64,000 nucleotides of DNA from an uncultured Acidobacteriota bacterium. Its GTDB lineage: Bacteria > Acidobacteriota > Terriglobia > Terriglobales > Acidobacteriaceae. The position numbers and the translations under genes were made by a program. The notes under the pieces were generated by a model. The model had not been told where the DNA came from, ran no database searches, and saw only the letters and a list, made by a program, of their open reading frames with translations. Position 1 is the stretch's first letter, and each line of letters begins with the position of its first letter. The stretch is from positions 197,468 to 261,467 of the forward strand of contig CAWIQL010000003.1 in assembly GCA_963838255.1 (NCBI GenBank). Direction: 5' to 3'. This document shows positions 27,224-36,395 of this stretch, piece after piece.

Positions 27224-27371
27224 CCAAGTCATAGTGGCGGAGCCTGTTATGTGTGGAGCGGACACTCCTGTCCGCTGCCTTTGACGTTGCCTTCCTCTGC
27301 CACTCCCCGCCACGCTCCGGCGGGGGACATCTCTGAAACGCCTCAGGAACGTATGAGCCCCAAAAACCCCC

Positions 27372-27400
27372 TTGACAACTTATACTGTGTAGCATACAGT
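27372..27400 (+). promoter_or_regulatory. putative promoter with overlapping inverted repeat (candidate PadR operator)
   Basis: TTGACA (27372-27377), a 17-nt spacer, then TACAGT (27395-27400). Inverted repeat ACTGT-N7-ACAGT (27384-27400) lies just upstream of the PadR start. Confidence 0.4.
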
Positions 27401-27416
27401 GTGTGTCGCATACTAT

Positions 27417-27776
27417 ATGACGAACGGTACCCAAGGCAGCCCTGAGATCCTCGAAAACCTAAAGCTGGAGCTGCGCCGGGGATGCCTAATCGTCGCCGTC
27501 CTCGCCCAGCTTCGGATCGAGCAATACGGCTACACCCTGCGCAAGGCATTGGCCGACGATGGCCTGGCCATCGACGAAGGCACGCTCTACCCGCTGCTGC
27601 GGCGCCTCGAAACCCAAGGCCTGCTGGTCAGCCAGTGGCGGGAAGAGGACAAGCGCAACAAGCGTTTCTACCGACTCTCCCCGGCGGGCGAGCAAATTCT
27701 GAACCAGCTGCTGAACGAATGGAAAAACATCAACACGTCACTCGATCGAATTCTCGAACCGGCAGGCCGCTTATGA
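27417..27776 (+). CDS. PadR-family transcriptional regulator
   Basis: Winged-helix motif LRKALADDGLAIDEGTLYPLLRRLETQGLLVSQWREEDKRNKRFYRLSPAG. Confidence 0.85.
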   Translation: MTNGTQGSPEILENLKLELRRGCLIVAVLAQLRIEQYGYTLRKALADDGLAIDEGTLYPLLRRLETQGLLVSQWREEDKRNKRFYRLSPAGEQILNQLLNEWKNINTSLDRILEPAGRL

Positions 27777-28852
27777 ACAAATCGTTTCTGAACAGATCGG
27801 TGCAACATCCCATGGAACTTCTCGACCGTTATTTACAAGCCGTCCGCTTCTGGCTGCCCAAGTCGAGCCGGCAAGAGGACCTGATCGCCGAGCTCGGCGA
27901 GGACCTGCGCTCACAGATCGAAGCGAAGGAAGCCGAACTCGGCCATCCCCTCGACAAGGAAGAGATCGCGGCGATCCTCAAGCGTTGCGGCAGTCCCATG
28001 ATGGTCGCCGGCCGGCTCGGACCACAGCGGCATCTCATCGGGCCAGCTCTGTTTCCTATCTACGGATTCGTCTTGAAGATGGTCCTGCTGTGGATTCTGG
28101 TTCCAGTCTTCATTTTCATCGTCGGGCCGGTGAATCTGGCCGAAGGCGGAGGCAACTGGCCGTTGGGCATCCTCAAGACTTTCGGCAATCTGTGGACCGC
28201 CCTGTTCACCGCGGCTGGAACTATCACCCTCGTCTTCGCCATTATCGAGCGCACCCACAACTGCCTTGGCAGCGAACTCAAATGGGATCCCCTGAAGTTG
28301 CCGCCCGTGCGCAGGAATGAAGAAGAGCGCAAACCAACTGTGCTGAAAGCGGTTTGCGAACTCGGGTTTGGCTGTTTTGGACTGATCTGGATATTGCTCG
28401 TGCCGGGCTACCCTTTCATAATTCTCGGCCCGGCAGCGGCGTTTCTGAAAGCCTCGCCGCTGATGCACTCGTTCTACCTGCCGATTGTGTTGCTCAGCGT
28501 CGTCGGCCTGCTGCGCTCCGGCATCACCCTGGCAAAGCCGCAGTGGGCGTGGTTTCCGCTTTTGAGCCAGCTGGCGAATTCCGTGATTACGCTGATCGTG
28601 TTGAACTTCATGATCGAGGCCATCACCAAAACGCCCAGCCCCTACCCCTTCGTGGTCTTACAGGATGCGGTGCGGGATTCGCCAAAGTACATCAAGATCG
28701 CCGCCATCGTGAACGTATCCATTCTCGTCAGCGTTGCCGGCGCCTGGTTTGGACTCTGCATTGCCGCGATCATCCAGACCTGGCAATTCATGAGATATCT
28801 GCATAAACGAACTACCGGGGCGCCGCAGGCCGCATCCTCCGGAGTGCATTGA
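27773..28852 (+). CDS. PadR-associated integral membrane protein
   Basis: Its start overlaps the PadR stop (ATGA). N-terminal soluble helix region LDRYLQAVRFWLPKSSRQEDLIAELGEDLRSQIE, then 6 or more transmembrane helices. Confidence 0.75.
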   Translation: MNKSFLNRSVQHPMELLDRYLQAVRFWLPKSSRQEDLIAELGEDLRSQIEAKEAELGHPLDKEEIAAILKRCGSPMMVAGRLGPQRHLIGPALFPIYGFVLKMVLLWILVPVFIFIVGPVNLAEGGGNWPLGILKTFGNLWTALFTAAGTITLVFAIIERTHNCLGSELKWDPLKLPPVRRNEEERKPTVLKAVCELGFGCFGLIWILLVPGYPFIILGPAAAFLKASPLMHSFYLPIVLLSVVGLLRSGITLAKPQWAWFPLLSQLANSVITLIVLNFMIEAITKTPSPYPFVVLQDAVRDSPKYIKIAAIVNVSILVSVAGAWFGLCIAAIIQTWQFMRYLHKRTTGAPQAASSGVH

Positions 28853-28959
28853 AAAAGGGATCGGATTGAAAAACTTTCAATTTTAAATCGGTCCCACATG
28901 TCGCGGCAGAGTTCCCTGGCTTTTCTTTTGCCCCCGATCTTTGCGGTAAGATCAGAGTC

Positions 28960-30687
<1,728 letters not shown>

Positions 30688-30708
30688 GCTGGCGAGGAAC
30701 GGGCAGCA

Positions 30709-31182
30709 ATGGCGCAAAGAGATAAGTCCTCACGATCAATTTTGCGGGCACTCGGTGTTGTAGCACTACTACCCGTCATCCTGCCGTTGGCTCTGATCGC
30801 GTTGATCCTCGGTCTAGCACACCGTATAGCTCTTTACGCGCTCGTCTGGGTGTTGTGGCTGCCCAGACGAAGAGATACTTTGCTTGTCTACTCCGACAGC
30901 CCGATCTGGCAGGAATACATGACGACGCAGGTCCTGCCGCTTGTGCAAGAGCGAGCCGTTGTCTTGAATTGGTCGGAACGTAAGCGATGGCCGCGGTTAT
31001 CGTTGGCGGTTCAAGTATTCCATTCGTTCGGAGGAAGGCGCGAATTCAACCCGCTGGTAATTGTCTTTCGGCCGTTCGCTCGCGCGAAGCGCTTTCGTTT
31101 CTGGCAACCCTTTCAGGATTGGAAACGAGGTTACAAGGAACCTGTGGAGAGATTACGGCAGGAGCTGTTTGTGGCCTTGTGA
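30709..31182 (+). CDS. hypothetical membrane-anchored protein
   Basis: 157 aa with two N-terminal hydrophobic helices. No family recognised. Confidence 0.5.
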   Translation: MAQRDKSSRSILRALGVVALLPVILPLALIALILGLAHRIALYALVWVLWLPRRRDTLLVYSDSPIWQEYMTTQVLPLVQERAVVLNWSERKRWPRLSLAVQVFHSFGGRREFNPLVIVFRPFARAKRFRFWQPFQDWKRGYKEPVERLRQELFVAL

Positions 31183-31190
31183 GATCGCAG

Positions 31191-31256
31191 AAAAGCGAAA
31201 CCCCGAGCGCGTCTTCCACTCGGGGTCTGCACATCAGCCTGTCAAGCTCAATATGA
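31191..31256 (+). terminator. terminator-like hairpin inside a repeated element (family H, copy 1)
   Basis: aaagcgaaaccccgagcgcgtcttccactcggggtctgc...agcctgtcaagc. Stem ccccgag/ctcgggg. A near-identical block lies at 32655..32706. No clear U-tract. Confidence 0.4.
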
Positions 31257-31351
31257 TTATCAAAGGGCACGAATCGGAAGTCAAGATTACTTGAGGAGTC
31301 CGCCTGTCGGAGACTCCTCGTCAGATTCCCCTACCAAACCAGGGAATGCTG

Positions 31352-31424
31352 TGGACCCGACGGGAGTCGAACCCGCACCTTCTCGCTTGACAGGCTGATA
31401 TGCTGCCAGTTGCACCACGGGCCC
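31352..31424 (-). tRNA. tRNA-like gene, anticodon GUC, alanine-type acceptor (G3:U70, A73), defective anticodon stem, no encoded CCA; possibly a pseudogene
   Basis: Hand fold of GGGCCCGTGGTGCAACTGGCAGCATATCAGCCTGTCAAGCGAGAAGGTGCGGGTTCGACTCCCGTCGGGTCCA. It gives a 7-bp acceptor stem with G3-T70, a good D arm with GG, and a good T arm GCGGG/TTCGACT/CCCGT. The anticodon loop is CTGTCAA, but only 2 Watson-Crick pairs and 1 wobble form in its stem. Confidence 0.45.
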
Positions 31425-31637
31425 AGAAACAGATTACGTCCTCCTCCGGCGCTCGACCGCTTCCCGCTCACATATTTCGATAGCAGGGTCCAATTCGGGA
31501 ATTGCACCTGGTGGGCAATGTACGCCGAACAGCGAAACCCGTACGTTCTTCACCACCGCGCGTGAGTCTGTCACAAACGAACTTCGCCCCCTGTTCCTAG
31601 TCGTACAATTCGGAGCTCTGTACTAAGCTGGGAAGCC

Positions 31638-32027
31638 GTGGTCTGGATCCACCGCGAGGCCTCGCCGTTTATCCACATGCACCCAACTACCTTGCTCGCA
31701 TTTTTCGAGCTCTCCCGCGCGCCGGTGTTGTGCGGCGCTGCCATCCTGCTTTTCCTGATCGCGCTGTGGGCGGCCAAAGCCGACATCGCGCAGGCCCGCG
31801 GCCTCGACAAACTCGTAGCCTTGAGCAACTTGTGTTTCGCCGTTCCCTTGGCCGTTTTCGGCGCGGAGCATTTCACCGACACTCAATCCATCAAGGGCCT
31901 CGTGCCCTCGTTCGTGCCCTGGCCTTTATTCTGGACGTACTTCGTGGGCCTGACGTTGCTCGCCGCTTCGTTGAGCATCGCCACAAGAATTCAGGTGCGC
32001 TGGTCCGGCCTGCTGTTCGGCATCTGA
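31638..32027 (+). CDS. integral membrane protein, N-terminal module (possibly half of a split gene)
   Basis: 129-aa track ORF (alternative ATG at 31677) with 3 hydrophobic helices. Its stop TGA shares one base with the next ATG (TGATG at 32025-32029). Confidence 0.5.
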   Translation: MVWIHREASPFIHMHPTTLLAFFELSRAPVLCGAAILLFLIALWAAKADIAQARGLDKLVALSNLCFAVPLAVFGAEHFTDTQSIKGLVPSFVPWPLFWTYFVGLTLLAASLSIATRIQVRWSGLLFGI

Positions 32028-32614
32028 TGTTTCTTTTTGTGGCGATGATGGACATCCCAGGCACTCTCGCCGACCCCAAGAACAGGTTTTCGTGGATTTT
32101 GACGGTCCGCGAAATGTCATTCGGAGCCGGAGGGTGGTTGCTTGCCGGCAGCGCGATTCGTGCAGGACGCACCCTGCACGGGCAAAGTGTCGAGCAAGGT
32201 CGCGGGAAAGCCGCGGGCAAACTCATCGCCGTCGGCCGGGTGTTAATCGCGATCGCCGCCATTTTCTATGGGGTGGAGAACTTCCTGCACACCGCCAACG
32301 TTCCCGGCGTTCCGCTCGAAAAACTGCTGCCCGCGTGGATTCCCGCACACCAGCTCATCGGCTGGCTGACTGGCGCAATACTCTTCGCCGCCGGGATCGC
32401 CATCCTGTTGGACAAGAAGACGCGCGCCGCCTCAACCTATCTCGGTACGTGGATTGTGCTGCTGGTCATCTTCATCTACGGACCGATTCTGATCGCGGCG
32501 CTGGCCGACCCGAGCCCCGACGCCAAAATGGAAGGCATCAACTACTTCTTCGACACGCTGCTATTTGCCGGAGCGATCCTGGCGCTAGCCCGGGCGACGC
32601 CCAGCGCCGATTAA
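32027..32614 (+). CDS. integral membrane protein, C-terminal module
   Basis: ATG at 32027 lies in frame with track ORF 31730..32614. MFLFVAMMDIPGTLADPKNRFSWILTVREMSFGAGGWLLAG... has 4 or more hydrophobic helices. Confidence 0.55.
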   Translation: MFLFVAMMDIPGTLADPKNRFSWILTVREMSFGAGGWLLAGSAIRAGRTLHGQSVEQGRGKAAGKLIAVGRVLIAIAAIFYGVENFLHTANVPGVPLEKLLPAWIPAHQLIGWLTGAILFAAGIAILLDKKTRAASTYLGTWIVLLVIFIYGPILIAALADPSPDAKMEGINYFFDTLLFAGAILALARATPSAD

Positions 32615-32654
32615 GACGTGCCGGCGCGATTCATCACCCCCGATTCATCACCCC

Positions 32655-32706
32655 AAAGCGAAACCCCGAGCGGTCTTCAGCTCGGGGCGCGTAAGCCTGT
32701 CCAGCT
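32655..32706 (+). terminator. terminator-like hairpin inside a repeated element (family H, copy 2)
   Basis: aaagcgaaaccccgagcggtcttcagctcggggcgcgtaagcctgtccagc. Stem ccccgagc/gctcgggg. Confidence 0.4.
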
Positions 32707-32808
32707 ACGGGAGAGTCATCGGCGTCCAGAACAGCCAACTTTAGCTGCTTCCGGGCGCGCCCGCCTTACGTACCACCCGTCTGCTGAGAGCTGATGGCTG
32801 ATGCTGCT

Positions 32809-33459
32809 CTAATTCCGCGCGTGCGGGCTCTGCGCCGGATTGGCGTGATGCGTCGTCGGTCCTTTCACGACCTTGATATTAAAGCTGACCGGCACGGTTT
32901 TCGGTGGGAAGCACTGCGCGTTATCGCAGGCCTGGTAGCGCAGCACGCCGTGCATCACATAATTCCCCGGCACCACCGAGGTCAGGGGATGCACCGCCAC
33001 GGCGACGGTGAAGTCTCCGCTATACACGCTCATTTTCTCATCCGGCGAAAAAGGGAAGGCCAGCTCCTCGCCCGCCGGATATTCAATCTTTCCCAGAACA
33101 ATGTCAGTCGGCAGGTCCATCTTCAGCGCCGTCGGAATCAGATATTCCGACTTCGGTGTGTTGGAGTTCACATGAAATCCGCGCGCCACCCGGAAATTCA
33201 AGTTCACCGGCGTCTGCGTGGCCCGCGGAGCGGTCACCAGCGGCACCGGAGCCAACGTCACCGACGGCGCTTTCCCGGCGGTGCTGGGCGGCGTGATCGG
33301 CGTATACGTCACTGTCGGCTCTTGCGCGGCTTGCCCTTGGGACGCCGCCGGCGGCGCTTGCCCCTGCGTGGTTTGCGCCACTCCCGCTTGTACCAGCGAC
33401 GCCGCAGCCCACAGCGCGAGCAGGCATACCAGTCTCGATTTGTACTCAGCCCAGATCAT
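32809..33459 (-). CDS. DsbD N-terminal (alpha) domain-like periplasmic protein
   Basis: Signal peptide, then GVLRYQACDNAQCFPPKTV. This resembles the YQGC..xxxC.PP active-site motif of DsbD-alpha. Confidence 0.75.
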   Translation of the reverse strand: MIWAEYKSRLVCLLALWAAASLVQAGVAQTTQGQAPPAASQGQAAQEPTVTYTPITPPSTAGKAPSVTLAPVPLVTAPRATQTPVNLNFRVARGFHVNSNTPKSEYLIPTALKMDLPTDIVLGKIEYPAGEELAFPFSPDEKMSVYSGDFTVAVAVHPLTSVVPGNYVMHGVLRYQACDNAQCFPPKTVPVSFNIKVVKGPTTHHANPAQSPHARN

Positions 33460-33505
33460 TGCCGGTGCTCGTGATAGTAGAACGGCTGCGGCTCCGTTTC
33501 TAGTG

Positions 33506-34270
33506 TCACTTCTGAGCCTGCAACGCCGCGGCGGGCGCGGCGGCGGCCTGCGAATTGCCCGCTGGCGTATCCAGCGCCTTCTTGATGGAGTCTTCGATCT
33601 CGGCCTTGCCCTTCAGCCCGATAATCTTGTCCACAACTTTTCCGTCGCGGCCAATGAAAAAAGTTTCCGGCAGCGCGGGAACGCCGCCGTACGCGTCGCC
33701 CACCGCCTCTTTGCCAATCAGGATGGGATAATTCACGCCCATATCTTTGACGAACTTCGTAATTTCGTCTTTGCCGTCATCTCCCATCTCGACTCCAACC
33801 ACCTGCAGACCATCGTGACCGTACTGGTTCTGCAAATCCACCAGCCACGGCGTTTCGATTTTGCACGGGCCGCACCAGGTCGCCCAGAAGTTCAGCAGCA
33901 CGGCTTTGCCGCGCAGGTCCGACAAGCGCATGCTCTTGCCGTCCAGCGCTTCCAGACTGAAATCCGGTGCCTCCGACGGGTTCGCCACGCGCGGGCCCTG
34001 TCCGCGGCGCGACATGTGCATCCCCATATACAGCATGCCCGCCACCACCACGGCCAGCACCAGCAGCACCAGCGGACTGCGATTCCCTGCGCCGCTCACC
34101 GGTGGCGCAGCCGCGCTCCCCGCAAAATTAACGGCGAAGTCTGAATTCTGAAATAACGTTCCGCAGGCCGCGCAAGTGATCCCTGCTGCCGCACCCTCCG
34201 GCGCGACCCCGGCGCTCTGGTTCAACGCCGCTCCGCATTTTGGACAAAACTGAAACTCTTCAATTCGCAA
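33506..34270 (-). CDS. TlpA/ResA-like thiol-disulfide oxidoreductase with N-terminal zinc ribbon and one TM helix
   Basis: FCPKCGAAL...CAACGTLF, then a transmembrane helix, then a thioredoxin fold with WATWCGPC. Confidence 0.85.
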   Translation of the reverse strand: MRIEEFQFCPKCGAALNQSAGVAPEGAAAGITCAACGTLFQNSDFAVNFAGSAAAPPVSGAGNRSPLVLLVLAVVVAGMLYMGMHMSRRGQGPRVANPSEAPDFSLEALDGKSMRLSDLRGKAVLLNFWATWCGPCKIETPWLVDLQNQYGHDGLQVVGVEMGDDGKDEITKFVKDMGVNYPILIGKEAVGDAYGGVPALPETFFIGRDGKVVDKIIGLKGKAEIEDSIKKALDTPAGNSQAAAAPAAALQAQK

Positions 34271-34285
34271 ACCAAATCCCTCCCG

Positions 34286-35008
34286 CTACAACGCAAAACG
34301 ATTCAGAAACGACAGCCAGCTCAAGATCAGCGTAAAACGACCAATCACCAGCAACACACCCAGCGCGATCAGCAATCCGCCCGAAGCCACCTCGATCGCG
34401 TGCATGTGCGACCGGAAGCGGCTGTAGAACTTCAGAAAGCGCTCCATCAGCAGCGAGGTCAGCAGAAACGGAACGGCCAGCCCCAGCGAATAAACCGCCA
34501 ACAGCAGAACACCCTTTACCAGCGTGTCCTGCTCTCCCGCCAGAGTGAGAAGCACCGTCAGGATTGGCCCCAGACACGGCGTCCAACCGAAAGCGAAAGC
34601 GAATCCGATGACGAACGCGCCAATCGGGGTGCTGCTGCCCTTCAGGCCGTGCAGTCGCGCGTCGGTATAGAGCGCCGTGATTTTAAAGATCCCGGTCAGG
34701 TGCAGTCCAAAGATAATGATAACCACGCCCGCCACCCGGGCCAGCGTGTGCTTGTAAATCCCAAGCACCTGCCCGACCTCAGTCGCTGCCGCCCCCAGCG
34801 CGATGAACACCACGCTGAACCCCAGGATGAAGCCAATCGAGTTCACCATCACCCGCCGCATCAGGTGACCCTGCGGCGACTTCAGTTCCTCCACCCCCGC
34901 ACCTGAAATCAGCGAAACGTAGCCCGGTACCAGCGGCAGCACGCACGGCGAAAGGAATGAGATCAGCCCGGCGAAGAACGCGGCAATAGGAAGCGGAAGG
35001 CTGGACAT
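34286..35008 (-). CDS. ccdA: cytochrome c biogenesis/thiol reductant transporter CcdA (DsbD beta-domain family)
   Basis: 240 aa, 6 transmembrane segments, conserved SPCVLPLVPGY and GWTPCLGPIL motifs. Confidence 0.88.
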   Translation of the reverse strand: MSSLPLPIAAFFAGLISFLSPCVLPLVPGYVSLISGAGVEELKSPQGHLMRRVMVNSIGFILGFSVVFIALGAAATEVGQVLGIYKHTLARVAGVVIIIFGLHLTGIFKITALYTDARLHGLKGSSTPIGAFVIGFAFAFGWTPCLGPILTVLLTLAGEQDTLVKGVLLLAVYSLGLAVPFLLTSLLMERFLKFYSRFRSHMHAIEVASGGLLIALGVLLVIGRFTLILSWLSFLNRFAL

Positions 35009-35166
35009 GAGATCTTAATTGTACCTGCAGCTGTGCACCTTGAAGTCAGACCTGCAAAATCGCGTCTGCGTCATCTCGCGCGGAGCGCCATCTTGGACAT
35101 GACTAAACCGCTGCTGCTACCAATCAGACGCGCGGCGCAGCATTTAGTTGCAAGAAGTGCACAGCG

Positions 35167-36237
35167 CTATTTGCGTTTCTTCGCGGGCTGGGCTGCTGGC
35201 GGCTGCGCTGCCGGTTGCGGCATCGCCTCAGGGGCTTCCGCCAGCTTGTGAAACACTTCCTTCGGAACTGTCGCTACCAGCACGGCACGGTTACCTTCCT
35301 GCCGTACCTGCAGGCTGTCAAAAAAAATTTTTACATCCGAGTCATTACCACTGCCCGAGCCCACCGAAATCTCCGCGCTGCGCAGCATGGCCAGAACCGT
35401 GTTCGCCTTGTCGGTAATGGTGCGCGCGTCCTCCTCGCTGGCGGCAGACGCCTCCGCCCGCAGGTGCAGCGCGTCGGTTCGCAGCGGCAGGTGCAGCGGG
35501 TTGTAGCTGACGGAAACCACCAGGTCGGCCGCTTTGGGAAAAATCGCCAACCACATCCCAAAACCCGGCGCCGCAGGCTCCACATGCGTCACCGCCCATA
35601 CCGGACTGGCCAACTGCACCCGTTTGTAATACCGACGCAGCAACGCCGGGCCCCCAAACGGCGACGCCAGCCGCCGCGACCGGTCCACCATCCCGCGGAT
35701 CACCGCAGGGTCCTCGTGATTGGAAGCCGCCACCGTGTCCACGCCCAGAATCGCGATGCGGAACGTGCGCCCGTAGATTGGAATCGTGTAGATGTCGATC
35801 GAGTTGTAATTCTCCACCGACTGCGCCGTCCGCTTCAGGTAAGCCACACACTTGCCGCCGTCAAACCTTCCGCGGAAGACTTCAGAAAACCGCGGCTCGG
35901 GCGCTGCGCTGCCCGTGCCTCCGCCCGGCCAATTCTGCGGGTAATGAATGGCAAAGGCCACCTCGTCCAGGTCACGCTCCCAATCAAAGCCAGTTTCCTG
36001 AATGAAGCGTTCGTAATCCGCGTCATGCGCGATCGGATCATTCGAACCCAAGAACAGCGGTTTGCCGCCGTTCGCCGTCCGCGCCCAGCCCAGGTTGGCG
36101 TACAGAAATGCGTCGGCGCCGGGCAGCAGCCGCGCCGGTTCCGGCGGAGCGGCCTTGCGCAGTTGGACGGCAAGCGTCAGCGCAGCGGCTACGGCTACAA
36201 CCGCCAGAACAATGGGGAGAGTGCGCCTTATTCGCAT
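35167..36237 (-). CDS. membrane-anchored hypothetical protein
   Basis: 356 aa with N-terminal anchor MRIRRTLPIVLAVVAVAAALTLAV and a C-terminal Pro/Ala/Gln-rich basic tail. No family recognised. Confidence 0.6.
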   Translation of the reverse strand: MRIRRTLPIVLAVVAVAAALTLAVQLRKAAPPEPARLLPGADAFLYANLGWARTANGGKPLFLGSNDPIAHDADYERFIQETGFDWERDLDEVAFAIHYPQNWPGGGTGSAAPEPRFSEVFRGRFDGGKCVAYLKRTAQSVENYNSIDIYTIPIYGRTFRIAILGVDTVAASNHEDPAVIRGMVDRSRRLASPFGGPALLRRYYKRVQLASPVWAVTHVEPAAPGFGMWLAIFPKAADLVVSVSYNPLHLPLRTDALHLRAEASAASEEDARTITDKANTVLAMLRSAEISVGSGSGNDSDVKIFFDSLQVRQEGNRAVLVATVPKEVFHKLAEAPEAMPQPAAQPPAAQPAKKRK

Positions 36238-36395
36238 GAATTGCGGGTCAGGGATGAAATGATAGCACTTACTCAGGGAACGGCAGTTCGCCAGTTTTCA
36301 GGGTGCAGTGACGCGACGCCCGTCGGAACAGTATTAGAATCGTCCGGATCGAAATGGCTTAATATCATTTCGCCTTTCCATCCGTCTAAACGCCT

